Source of the DNA: Patescibacteria group bacterium
GTDB taxonomy: Bacteria > Patescibacteriota > Patescibacteriia > JAXHNJ01
Direction: 5' to 3'
NCBI GenBank assembly: GCA_041649715.1
Contig: JBAZMP010000002.1
Location: 196,964-260,963 of the forward strand
Length of the DNA stretch: 64,000 bases
Below the pieces are notes generated by a model, which was given only the letters and a program-made list of their open reading frames with translations, made no database searches and was not told the origin of the DNA. The position numbers were made by a program, and so were the translations under genes. Shown here in pieces: positions 26,248 to 35,731 of the stretch (position 1 is its first letter; each line of letters opens with the position of its first letter).

Positions 26248-26775
26248 TTATAAAAGGCTGATTATTTTTCCGGCCGCTTCCTTAATGGCTTCTTTGACGA
26301 TTTTTTCCTCTCGGCTTGTAAAATTTTGCAGAACATAGATCTCCGCCGGCAAATTTTTTTCACGGTTAGAGCCGATGCCGATTTTCAAACGGTTGAAATT
26401 TACTGTTTTTAAATATTCAATCAGGGAGGCGACGCCCTGATGGCCTCCGGCCGAACCTTTGTTTCTGAGCCTGATTTTTCCCAGAGGTAAATCAAGGTCA
26501 TCGTGAATAACCCAGATATCTTCGGGCTTTATTTTATAATAGCGGGCGAATTTTACCGCCGTTTGCCCGGAATTATTCATGAATGTTCGGGGTTTGGCCA
26601 GCATGATTTTCTGACCGGAAATAAGACCCTCGGCCCGCCAGGAAAGAGTGCGCTTGCAGTTTTTAAAAGTCAGCCCTAAGTTGTTGACGAGGGCATCTAT
26701 GGCCATAAAGCCTAAGTTGTGGCGGTTCTTGGCGTATTTTTGACCGGGATTACCTAAGCCTAAGATTAATTTCAT
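26248..26775 (-). CDS. pth: peptidyl-tRNA hydrolase
   Basis: MKLILGLGNPGQKYAKNRHNLGF is the classic Pth N-terminus. Confidence 0.9.
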   Translation of the reverse strand: MKLILGLGNPGQKYAKNRHNLGFMAIDALVNNLGLTFKNCKRTLSWRAEGLISGQKIMLAKPRTFMNNSGQTAVKFARYYKIKPEDIWVIHDDLDLPLGKIRLRNKGSAGGHQGVASLIEYLKTVNFNRLKIGIGSNREKNLPAEIYVLQNFTSREEKIVKEAIKEAAGKIISLL

Positions 26776-26834
26776 GGAAAAATAAAAAATCGCTGAAAGT
26801 TGATGTAATCGTTGGTTTCATCCCCATAAACATA

Positions 26835-28310
26835 TTAACGGTAGGTAAGGGCGTGCGATATCAGGGCGTCTTCGCCTAAGATTATCATTATATCAAAATT
26901 ATTGTTTCCGTTAAAGTTTAAGTTGATATTTTCTATTTGGTTCAAGGCGTTGATATTCATGGTATTGCCGGAAGTCATGTCTTCAAAAATGGCGGGTAAA
27001 TTCGTGATAACGGCGGCGTTGAATTTTTCCTTTAGGGCATCGACAGTATGCGGAAGTTGGCCGCTTGTTTTGTCATAGATAATGGTTTCTTTGATATTTT
27101 TCTCCGGATAATTTTCCACCCCGATAATATCATAATTCAGGGCTTCCAGCTCCCTTGCTTTTAAAGAGGCCAAGCCGGGCGTATTGGTGCCGTTTTCTAG
27201 GACAATTTTCGCCTTTTCTTTTTCTATCTCGTTCTGGCTAAAGATATTTTTTGCCAAAGCCTGCACTTCGGAAAAATCTCCGGCTTTCGGGATTAACAAA
27301 TAGGCGCCGTTTTCCCCGGTTATATTCTTTAACAGGCCATTTTCGGAATTATCAATGACGTAGTTTATAATATTGTCTTTGCCGATATTCTGGGCCAGGG
27401 TGTAAAAGCGCAGCATTTCCCAGACCTCCATATTGGTTTTGGTGTGGGTCCCCAGGGTATTCAAAATTTCTGAGATTTTACTCGGATTAATAAGGGTGGA
27501 AAAAGAAGTGATTTTATCTTTCAGGGCGAGAAGCACTTTTTGTTGTCTGGCCGCCCGTGCGAAATCCGAACCCTCGCCGTTATTACCGTGGCGGGAACGC
27601 ACGTATTTCAAAGCCGTGGCCCCGTCCATCAGTTGGTCTCCGGCCTTGAAGCTGACGGTTTGATAGCCGTAATTATCCGTCGGGTAGGTCGCATCAGAAA
27701 AACTTTTTTCCACGTTTATTCTTACTCCTCCCAGGCCGTCGATCAATTGTTCGAAGCCGGAAAAATCTACCCGGCCGTAGTATTGGATCTCAAGGCCGGT
27801 GACATCACTGACTGTCTTTACCATTAAGGCCTCACCGCCGCCTGCGTAATTCATTTCCTGTCCGAAAAAAAGGCCGTTATTTATTTTTCGGGAATAATAG
27901 GGTGCGGGAAAATCGACGGCTAGGTCGCGGGGCACGGAAAGAAAGGCGACCTGATTGGTTGAGGGTTTAAAGCTGACCAAGATAAGGGTGTCAGTAAGAA
28001 GGGCGCCTTCATGGCCGGTGCCGCCGATTCCCATCAGCAGAATATTGATGCGATCTTTTTCTTCGCCGGCGATCGTGTCATTGGTTTTTGTGAGAAGGTG
28101 GGTGAGCTGGGAAAAAAGTGAGACTTTCGTGTTGGTTGAGTCCTGGTTGGTTTGAATATTCAGGGAAGAAAGGAATTTAATCGAAAGGCCAAGGCCGATG
28201 ATTACGAGAGTGACTAAAAGAGAACCAAAAATCTTGCTCCAGAACAGGAGGGCGGGGTGGGCAGACTTTTTTTTGTTTGGTTTTGAGACCAGGTTGGGTG
28301 TGATATTCAT
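26835..28310 (-). CDS. LytR-CpsA-Psr (LCP) family protein
   Basis: N-terminal TM, then the LCP core RINILLMGIGGTG...DTLILVSF...AFLSVPRDL and an extra C-terminal domain. Confidence 0.8.
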   Translation of the reverse strand: MNITPNLVSKPNKKKSAHPALLFWSKIFGSLLVTLVIIGLGLSIKFLSSLNIQTNQDSTNTKVSLFSQLTHLLTKTNDTIAGEEKDRINILLMGIGGTGHEGALLTDTLILVSFKPSTNQVAFLSVPRDLAVDFPAPYYSRKINNGLFFGQEMNYAGGGEALMVKTVSDVTGLEIQYYGRVDFSGFEQLIDGLGGVRINVEKSFSDATYPTDNYGYQTVSFKAGDQLMDGATALKYVRSRHGNNGEGSDFARAARQQKVLLALKDKITSFSTLINPSKISEILNTLGTHTKTNMEVWEMLRFYTLAQNIGKDNIINYVIDNSENGLLKNITGENGAYLLIPKAGDFSEVQALAKNIFSQNEIEKEKAKIVLENGTNTPGLASLKARELEALNYDIIGVENYPEKNIKETIIYDKTSGQLPHTVDALKEKFNAAVITNLPAIFEDMTSGNTMNINALNQIENINLNFNGNNNFDIMIILGEDALISHALTYR

Positions 28311-28468
28311 TTCGTGTTCTTCGGGTATTTAAAGGAGGTATTTATAACTCCTATGTAGATTATAGGGGTTTAAAGTCTTTTCGTCAACTTAAAAGATTAA
28401 AAATTGTCATTTTTTAAGATTTAGAATAAAATTAAGACAAATCCGAAGATAACGGAATATTTAACAAG

Positions 28469-29272
28469 ATGTTAAGCAGGGCGAAAAAAAGCAAACCATC
28501 CGTCCGCCAAGAAATCGAAATTGAAAATCTAGAAAACGAAGGGGGCGGGGAATTGAAGGAAAAGGCCACTTTTCAGGTCATTTTTTTATCCTTGGCCGTG
28601 CTTTTGATTTTTTTACCCTTTATTACCACTTTTAATGAGGTTTTGACCCGGGTGGTTGAAAAAATATATTTGTATACCTATATCGAGGATTATATCGTTC
28701 CTTATCTTTCCCGTTTGGTTGGCGTGTTCCTTCTTCCCTTTGGCTTTAAAGTCATTGGCACTACTTCCGGCCTTTACCTGCCGGATAAATCGTTAGCCAT
28801 TGATATCGCCTGGAACTGTATCGGCTGGCAGAGCATGATTCTGATTATTATAACTTTTTTCGCGGGCTTGCAGGGTGAGTATACGAAATTTTCCAAGGGG
28901 CAGACAATATTGATCGGTGTATTGGGCACCTTTATCATAAATGTCTTGAGGATTGCCAGCGTGGTCTTGGTCGCCGTGAATTTCGGTTATTTTCCGGCGG
29001 TAATTTATCATGATTATTTTTCCAATTTGCTGATTGTCTTGTGGCTTTTTCTTTTTTGGTGGTTCACTTACGCTTATGTCTTGGAACCGATTATCGTTCG
29101 GGCGGAGCCGCAAAAAAAGAAAACTAATCTATATTCTATCGGTCGGTTCCGACGCCCTTTTTTTCCGATCCGTTCGCGAATAAAAAATTTGTTCAGCCGA
29201 AGAAAGAAAAAGACAAGCCAGAAATCAAAAAAGAATAATATAGCGGGTCAAAAGGGTGTTTCTAAAAAGTGA
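28469..29272 (+). CDS. exosortase/archaeosortase-family-like polytopic membrane protein (tentative)
   Basis: About 6-7 TM helices. Cys117 sits in AWNCIGWQS and Arg161 in NVLRIAS, spaced ~44 aa apart, as the catalytic Cys/Arg are in archaeosortase/exosortase. Lys/Arg-rich C-terminal tail. Confidence 0.45.
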   Translation: MLSRAKKSKPSVRQEIEIENLENEGGGELKEKATFQVIFLSLAVLLIFLPFITTFNEVLTRVVEKIYLYTYIEDYIVPYLSRLVGVFLLPFGFKVIGTTSGLYLPDKSLAIDIAWNCIGWQSMILIIITFFAGLQGEYTKFSKGQTILIGVLGTFIINVLRIASVVLVAVNFGYFPAVIYHDYFSNLLIVLWLFLFWWFTYAYVLEPIIVRAEPQKKKTNLYSIGRFRRPFFPIRSRIKNLFSRRKKKTSQKSKKNNIAGQKGVSKK

Positions 29273-29385
29273 GAAGTCGATCTTAAATTTTGCATTTTTT
29301 GGTACTTCCCAAACTCGCTCATTTATGTTATAGTATGGTATATTATTATACCGATTTTTTTGTTTAATAACGATCAAGATCATTC

Positions 29386-30810
29386 ATGAGAGTTTTGTTA
29401 ATATACCCCCCGTATTCTTTGCATGAAATTTACGATAAGCTAGAGGCTATCGGTAATACTTCGCCACCTCTCGGGATAGGTTATATTGCCGCGGTATTGG
29501 AAAAAGCCGGCCACGTCGTGAAAGTGATCGACGCCCCAACTCTCAGTTATAAATTAAAGGATATCCTCCGGGAGCTTGAGGATTTTCGGCCGGAGGCGGT
29601 CGGCCTAACCTGTTTGACTCCGGATTTTTCCAAAAGCATTGCTTTAGCCGAAGCGATAAAAAAAATCAGTCAGAGGCCGATCATCATTGGTGGTCCACAC
29701 GTGACGGCCGCCCCGGCGGAAACCATCAGGCATGATTGCTTTGATTTCGGGGTGATTGGCGAGGGCGAGGATACTATTGTCGAGCTGATTAATTTTTTAG
29801 AGCATAGAGCGCCGACCAGCCTTTTTGAGATCCGCGGCCTAATTTTTAGAGAGGGAGAAAGGATAATCCGGACCCCACCGCGGCCTTTTATTTCGGACTT
29901 GGACAAAATTCCTTTCCCAGCGCGGCATTTGATGCCGACCTTTGACCAGTATCACCCGACACCGGCTTCTTACAAACATTTGCCCCTGGGAACTTTGGTT
30001 ACTTCGCGGGGTTGCCCGTTTCATTGTGTTTACTGTGACCGGGCGATTTTTGGGAATATGTACCGTTTTCGGAGTGCCAAAAATGTGGTGGATGAAATAG
30101 AATTGCTAGTTAAAAAATACGGCGCCAGAGAACTACGGCTTTGGGATGATACTTTTAACGCTCAAATTTCTCGGGTTATCGAAATTTGCCAGGAAATTGT
30201 CCGGCGGGGGATTAAAGTGACCTGGACCTGTCTCGGCCGGGTGAATTTCGTGACTGACGATTTGATTAAGTGGATGAAAAGAGCCGGCTGCTGGCAGATT
30301 TCTTTCGGCATTGAGTCCGGCGATGACGAAGTTTTGAAAAAAATCAAAAAAGGTCAGACAAAAGAAATGGTGCGGAAAGCCTTTAAGATCTGCCAGAGGC
30401 AAAAAATGGGCACCCGGGGTTTTTTCATCATCGGTTTGCCGGGTGATACCGAGGAAACAATGCAGGCAACGATTGATTTTGCCAAAGAATTGCCCCTGGA
30501 TGTCGCCGGTTTTTACGTGACCATTCCCTTTCCCGGCACCGAACTCACCGATACCGCAAAAAAGACCGGAGAGCTTTTAATGTCCGAGCATGACCAGTGT
30601 ATGTATGATCAATTCCTAGTTAATTTACCGGACAAACTTTTTTATGTGCCGAATGGTCTTAGCGAGACAGTCATTAGGAAATATCAAAAAAGGGCCTATC
30701 ATGAATTTTATATGCGACCGCGCTATATTTTAAAGCAATTTTTGCAAATCCAGAGCCTAAAAGAATTACTTAATAAAATTAAAGCCTTTTTCGTCATAAG
30801 GGAAATATAA
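29386..30810 (+). CDS. B12-binding domain radical SAM protein
   Basis: B12-binding-like N-terminus (LGIGYIAAVLEKAGHVVKVID...IIIGGPH). Radical SAM triad CPFHCVYC. Confidence 0.85.
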   Translation: MRVLLIYPPYSLHEIYDKLEAIGNTSPPLGIGYIAAVLEKAGHVVKVIDAPTLSYKLKDILRELEDFRPEAVGLTCLTPDFSKSIALAEAIKKISQRPIIIGGPHVTAAPAETIRHDCFDFGVIGEGEDTIVELINFLEHRAPTSLFEIRGLIFREGERIIRTPPRPFISDLDKIPFPARHLMPTFDQYHPTPASYKHLPLGTLVTSRGCPFHCVYCDRAIFGNMYRFRSAKNVVDEIELLVKKYGARELRLWDDTFNAQISRVIEICQEIVRRGIKVTWTCLGRVNFVTDDLIKWMKRAGCWQISFGIESGDDEVLKKIKKGQTKEMVRKAFKICQRQKMGTRGFFIIGLPGDTEETMQATIDFAKELPLDVAGFYVTIPFPGTELTDTAKKTGELLMSEHDQCMYDQFLVNLPDKLFYVPNGLSETVIRKYQKRAYHEFYMRPRYILKQFLQIQSLKELLNKIKAFFVIREI

Positions 30811-30813
30811 ATC

Positions 30814-32916
30814 ATGTCAGTCGGGTTGAAGAAAAATGCGCAAAAATTCATCTTTTTGGTCATTGTGCCAGTCTTGTTGGTGATTTTGAATATCTACATT
30901 ATTTATCCTCTGTTCAGCGGCGACTATAATCAGAATATTTCCTCCATTGAAGTAGCATTCTTCACCGACGCGAAATTTATCTACGATCACTTTCCTCATC
31001 TGACCTGGATGCCGGACTGGTACATCGGTTTTCCTTTTCATAATATCTATACGCCGTTCTTGCCTTTTATGATTGCTTTGCTGCATTGGCTGGTAGGGGG
31101 CGTGACTTTTGCTCACTTTTATCGGATCTTAATGGCCCTTTTCTATATCATCGGGCCAGTCAGTCTTTACTTTTTTGTCCGCTATTTAACCGGCCGTCAC
31201 TTTGCGGGCTTGTTCGCCGCCATCGGTTATTCCATCCTGCCCTCTTTCAGCTATTTAATCGGCGGGACAAGCGCTTACGGCGATATGATCCACCGCGGCC
31301 CGGTTCAATTAGTGATTCTACAAGTCTTCGGGGAGGGACCGCATTTGGCGGCTTTATCTTTGGCGCCACTGGCCGCTTTGGCCTTTTTATGGGCTTTACG
31401 TCAGCCAAAATTCAGCCATCATTTGCTGGCGGCCGTGGCCATCGGGCTGGTGGGCTTGATTAACTGGTTTGGTTTGGTGACTTTGATCTTGATGCTTTTA
31501 GCCGTCTGGCTGTCCGAGATCTTTAAAGGCGAGGGAGGAAGAAAAACCAAAAATACTATAACTATCTTTTCAATGGCCTATGGCTTGATCGCTTTTTGGT
31601 TTAATCTTTCTTTTATCAAGTCAAGCTTAGGTTTTGGCGGCGGCGGTCGGGCCGAAGGAGATATCTTGGCCAATTATCTCAAATTGTTGCCGATGATACC
31701 GATTTTGCTCCCCGTCATCGTGGCCTTGGGCTGGCTTTTGAGCAAAAAGATTAAAAAGTTGCCGGGTTTATTCGTCGGTCTACTCTGGCTCATTATTTTC
31801 TTAATCGTGACCGTTAGTTGGTATCGCTGGGGGATTGCTTTTCTGCCCCAGCCGCCCCGATTTTTAACGGAAGTGAACTTAGCGGCTTTTATCGTTTTGG
31901 CCATCTTCCAGGATGGGATTTTAAAAAAGATTTTACCAGACAGTCAGGCAGGAGAAAAAAAAATAGGCAAGGGGAAACATGTCTTTGGTGGTCTGTATGT
32001 TGTGTTGGTCCTGTTAGCCATATTTTATTTTTCTCGAAGTTTTTTGGCTAATCCGCATGATTTATTGAAGCCTCATGAAGATATCACCAAAACATACCCT
32101 TTTGAAGTGGCGAAATTTTTAGACAGTAACGTCAGTCAAAATGAACGGGTACTGGCCAGCGGGAATATCGCTTTCTGGCTGGATTATTTTTCTGATGTCA
32201 GCCAGGTGAAAGGAGCCGCCGACCAGGCCGCCACTCACCCTTTTTGGAGCCACGCGATTTATCAAATAACCACCGGGGAAAATGCCCCGGAGGGCCGGGC
32301 CGGTGAGATGGCCTTGGTCTGGTTAAAAGCTTTGAACGCGAATTATATCGTGGTTAATACGCCGCTTTCTCACGATCCTTTCTATGATTTTAAGGACCCG
32401 GAAAAATTTGAGACCCTGGAAAAAGTTTATGAATCTCAGGGCGACGTGGTCTATGCCGTGCCTTTAACCAATCCATCTTTGGCGCAGGTCGTGGATGAGG
32501 ACAGATATGGTAGATTAGAAGCCCCGACCAACGGCGTTGATTATCAAAGCGTAAAAGCTTACGCCGACTGGGTAGATAAGCAAGCTAAGCCCGCTAACTT
32601 CAATTGGATAAATAATGATACTTTTGAAATTCAAGCCGACGTTAATGATGGTGATCTAGTTTCAGCCCAGATCACATTTGATAAAGGCTGGCAGATTACA
32701 GGCTCGGGCCATCGTTTGAAAACGGCAAAAGACGTCATGGGCAATCTGGTGATTTTTCCCCGTACTTCGGGCCAATTAATTATCAGAGGACGCTATAAGA
32801 ACACCTGGGATGTCGGTTTTGGCTACTTAATTACTTTGGTCTCCGTCGTCTATTGTATTATTACTCTTATAAGAAATAGAAAAAAGTATGGAATTGAAAA
32901 AAGGGAAAAAAAATGA
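30814..32916 (+). CDS. polytopic membrane protein, GT-C-fold glycosyltransferase-like (paralog 0, lacks WW-KDE tail)
   Basis: N-terminal ~420-aa multi-TM domain with a conserved Asp after TM1 (SGDYNQ) and a FPHLTWMPDWYIGFP loop. A ~250-aa soluble C-terminal domain and a final TM helix. Confidence 0.5.
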   Translation: MSVGLKKNAQKFIFLVIVPVLLVILNIYIIYPLFSGDYNQNISSIEVAFFTDAKFIYDHFPHLTWMPDWYIGFPFHNIYTPFLPFMIALLHWLVGGVTFAHFYRILMALFYIIGPVSLYFFVRYLTGRHFAGLFAAIGYSILPSFSYLIGGTSAYGDMIHRGPVQLVILQVFGEGPHLAALSLAPLAALAFLWALRQPKFSHHLLAAVAIGLVGLINWFGLVTLILMLLAVWLSEIFKGEGGRKTKNTITIFSMAYGLIAFWFNLSFIKSSLGFGGGGRAEGDILANYLKLLPMIPILLPVIVALGWLLSKKIKKLPGLFVGLLWLIIFLIVTVSWYRWGIAFLPQPPRFLTEVNLAAFIVLAIFQDGILKKILPDSQAGEKKIGKGKHVFGGLYVVLVLLAIFYFSRSFLANPHDLLKPHEDITKTYPFEVAKFLDSNVSQNERVLASGNIAFWLDYFSDVSQVKGAADQAATHPFWSHAIYQITTGENAPEGRAGEMALVWLKALNANYIVVNTPLSHDPFYDFKDPEKFETLEKVYESQGDVVYAVPLTNPSLAQVVDEDRYGRLEAPTNGVDYQSVKAYADWVDKQAKPANFNWINNDTFEIQADVNDGDLVSAQITFDKGWQITGSGHRLKTAKDVMGNLVIFPRTSGQLIIRGRYKNTWDVGFGYLITLVSVVYCIITLIRNRKKYGIEKREKK

Positions 32917-35731
32917 TAGTAAACCCAGGCGTCGCTGGTTAACACTCATATTTTTGTTGTTCTCTTTGGCTTTTATGGTCTTTTGCGGCTATCTTTGGCA
33001 GGCCTGGACGGGATTCCCCAAGGGCGTGGATTCCTACGTTCATATGACCAGAATAAAATACGTTCTGGATTTTTTCCCGCATATTGATTGGCAGTACCAC
33101 TGGGCCAATGGCATGCTTCTTTTTTCCTACGCCTCCATTCATTTTATTTTCGGCGCCATTTTAGTCAAGCTCGCGGGTATATCGGCGGCTAAATCCCTTA
33201 TCGTATTGGCCCTTTTCAGTTATAGTTTGATGACCGTCGGAATTTTTGCCATAGTTTACCAAGTGACCAAAAAAGCTTGGCCCGCTTTATTAGCGGTCAT
33301 TTTAACTTTTTCCAGTTTCGGCGCTTGGAACTGGATGGTGATGGACGGGAACTATCCGCGCCTGCTTGGCTTGGGCTTTATGTTTTTAGCCATATATTTT
33401 TATATTAAACTTCTGTCAGAAAGTGGCGAAGGAACAAAATCTAATAAAAAATGGATCATTCTATCCATTATTTTCCTTTTTTCCGCCCTTGTCTCGCACG
33501 TTTTAGCGGCAATGTTCGGTTTTTTGACCTTATTCTTTCTGACCCTATTTTCAAAAATGAAATTCGGCCGTAAATTTAAATATTTATTTATGGTCATTTT
33601 ATCCTCTTTTGCCCTCGCTTCATTTTTCTACTTTTCTCAGATTATTCATTTCTTTTATTTTTCGGGTAATTATGTCGGGGCGATTGGCGATATCGTCCCC
33701 ATGAAGATTTCCTACGTATTTCAAGATACCTTGGGTATCGGATTTCTCCTTCTGCCACTTTTGTTAATATTGGTTCTTGTCAATATTTTTCTTAAACCGG
33801 AGGCAGACAAAGGCCCTTTTGTTTTTTCTTACAGCCGTTATATTTGGTCCTTTATTATTATGTTATTCTTGTTTCTCACATACGCTTTTATCGGTTACAC
33901 CGGCTTGAAGCCTCAATATTACAGCATCCGGGGCTTTATCCCTTTTTCCATGAATATTTTGATTGTCATCTTCAGCAGTCTGCTAATCGGGATAATGCTG
34001 GGGAGGATTTCGGTAAAAAGGGGTATTTATACCCGGATTTTTCTCAGCCTCATGGCTTTAGTGATCATTGGTTATTCTGCCCTCCTGGTTTGGCGATCTT
34101 ACGATACGGTGAGTCATTGCCGGCTAACCCGATATATTTATGATTCATCCTCAGCCAAGCTGTGTGATTCTTTCGCCAGTCATGAATATGTTTCCTCTCA
34201 TTTTTACACTTTTCCAGAAGGCGAGGATTATCAACATCGTTTCGCCCCCTATGACGCCTACGATGCTATCTGGTTCAATTACGCGTATAAAATTCCCCAA
34301 GAGAGGGATTATCATGCCCACGGCGTGCTTTATCCGGATTGGCGCTACTGGTTTGAGCAGGTGGTTTGGAAGCCGAAAGAGTTTACTATGGATGAAGCAA
34401 AATCAGCTTTTGATTGGTTTGCCATTCGTTGGTTTGGCGACCGCGCCGCGGTCGATGAGAAAGCTTACGCTAATTTAGTGGAAAAGACGGCAAATACCCT
34501 AGAGGACAAGCTGGCCGCGATCAATTCCCGCTATCTGAAAGACAAGGATTTTTCTTTAGTAAAATCTGACGCGAACACAGTCACGACACAAAATTTGAGT
34601 CTGGAAATAGAAGTGAAAAATCCCAGCCAGATCTTGGCCGCCAGCAACACACCCACCATCTTATATATCGGCGGAAACGAAGGATACAATCCGTTTTTCT
34701 TCAACCTGACCCTGCATAATTACAACAGTCAGGACATTATCCCCGTCAAAGGCGAAAAATACGTCGATAGTTATAGGCTTAACGATCTCAAACAGTTTGA
34801 TGCCATTTTTCTTTACAGCTACCAATACAAAAACAAGGAAAATGCTTACTCGCTATTGAAGGGTTACGTGGAAGGAGGCGGCAACCTCATTTGGGAGGCC
34901 TGGAACTCTGAAGATGCTCAGGTCCTCCAAAAAGAAACCAATAAAAATAACATTCAGGCTAATAAGGTGAGCTTACCCGAACCTTCGCCGGTCAGCGAGC
35001 TTTCTCTTACGGAGATTTCCGGCGAATGGGATTTTCAAGCCACTAGCGAGCCAATATTCGGTCAGATCAATTTCACAAAATTCAGCCCCCCTAAATATCT
35101 CAGCTCTCCCTGGAAGGTGGCGGTGCCGACTCAAAGCTCAGCGGTTAGAAACTGGGCAAAAGTGATTCTTTCCAGCCAGGACCACCCCGTGATGATCAGT
35201 GGGCAGTATGGCCAGGGCCATATCCTGTGGACCGGTTTTAATTTCAATTATCATATTACCGACACCAAAAATTTTGAGGAAGCGAAGCTGCTGATCAGCA
35301 TCATCAAAAGTCTGGTCGGCAACAAGGGTGAATCAGCCATGGCTGAGGCAAAATTCATCAATCCTGATTTACGGGAAATCAGCCTGGAAAATCCGGCCAA
35401 GGGTGTTTTATTCCGAGAGAGTTTTTACCCCAATTGGCGGGCTCGTTTAAGCGATGGGCAGAAATTGGCCGTTCTTTACGCTGGACCGGGTCTGATGTAT
35501 GTGCCTCTTCCTGAAAACTTAGAGACCGGCTTAAAAGTGATTCTATACTATGATAAGAGCCTGACCGAAAAAATCGGAAGCGTTCTTTCTCTGGTCAGTT
35601 TACTGATTTTTTTGATCTATGTTTTGGAGGGCTGGCTATTCAAGCCGATCCTTTCCCGATTAAGCCAGAAAATCTTCCAAAAATCAACCCATAATTTAAA
35701 AAACTGGTGGGCGAAGGACGAAGATGAATAA
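32888..35731 (+). CDS. giant polytopic membrane protein, GT-C-like (paralog A1) with C-terminal TM + WWAKDEDE tail
   Basis: 947 aa. N-terminal multi-TM domain (GVDSYVH...FPHIDWQYHWANGM). A ~450-aa extracytoplasmic domain. Final TM (VLSLVSLLIFLIYVLEGWLF) then KNWWAKDEDE. Confidence 0.5.
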   Translation: MELKKGKKNDSKPRRRWLTLIFLLFSLAFMVFCGYLWQAWTGFPKGVDSYVHMTRIKYVLDFFPHIDWQYHWANGMLLFSYASIHFIFGAILVKLAGISAAKSLIVLALFSYSLMTVGIFAIVYQVTKKAWPALLAVILTFSSFGAWNWMVMDGNYPRLLGLGFMFLAIYFYIKLLSESGEGTKSNKKWIILSIIFLFSALVSHVLAAMFGFLTLFFLTLFSKMKFGRKFKYLFMVILSSFALASFFYFSQIIHFFYFSGNYVGAIGDIVPMKISYVFQDTLGIGFLLLPLLLILVLVNIFLKPEADKGPFVFSYSRYIWSFIIMLFLFLTYAFIGYTGLKPQYYSIRGFIPFSMNILIVIFSSLLIGIMLGRISVKRGIYTRIFLSLMALVIIGYSALLVWRSYDTVSHCRLTRYIYDSSSAKLCDSFASHEYVSSHFYTFPEGEDYQHRFAPYDAYDAIWFNYAYKIPQERDYHAHGVLYPDWRYWFEQVVWKPKEFTMDEAKSAFDWFAIRWFGDRAAVDEKAYANLVEKTANTLEDKLAAINSRYLKDKDFSLVKSDANTVTTQNLSLEIEVKNPSQILAASNTPTILYIGGNEGYNPFFFNLTLHNYNSQDIIPVKGEKYVDSYRLNDLKQFDAIFLYSYQYKNKENAYSLLKGYVEGGGNLIWEAWNSEDAQVLQKETNKNNIQANKVSLPEPSPVSELSLTEISGEWDFQATSEPIFGQINFTKFSPPKYLSSPWKVAVPTQSSAVRNWAKVILSSQDHPVMISGQYGQGHILWTGFNFNYHITDTKNFEEAKLLISIIKSLVGNKGESAMAEAKFINPDLREISLENPAKGVLFRESFYPNWRARLSDGQKLAVLYAGPGLMYVPLPENLETGLKVILYYDKSLTEKIGSVLSLVSLLIFLIYVLEGWLFKPILSRLSQKIFQKSTHNLKNWWAKDEDE

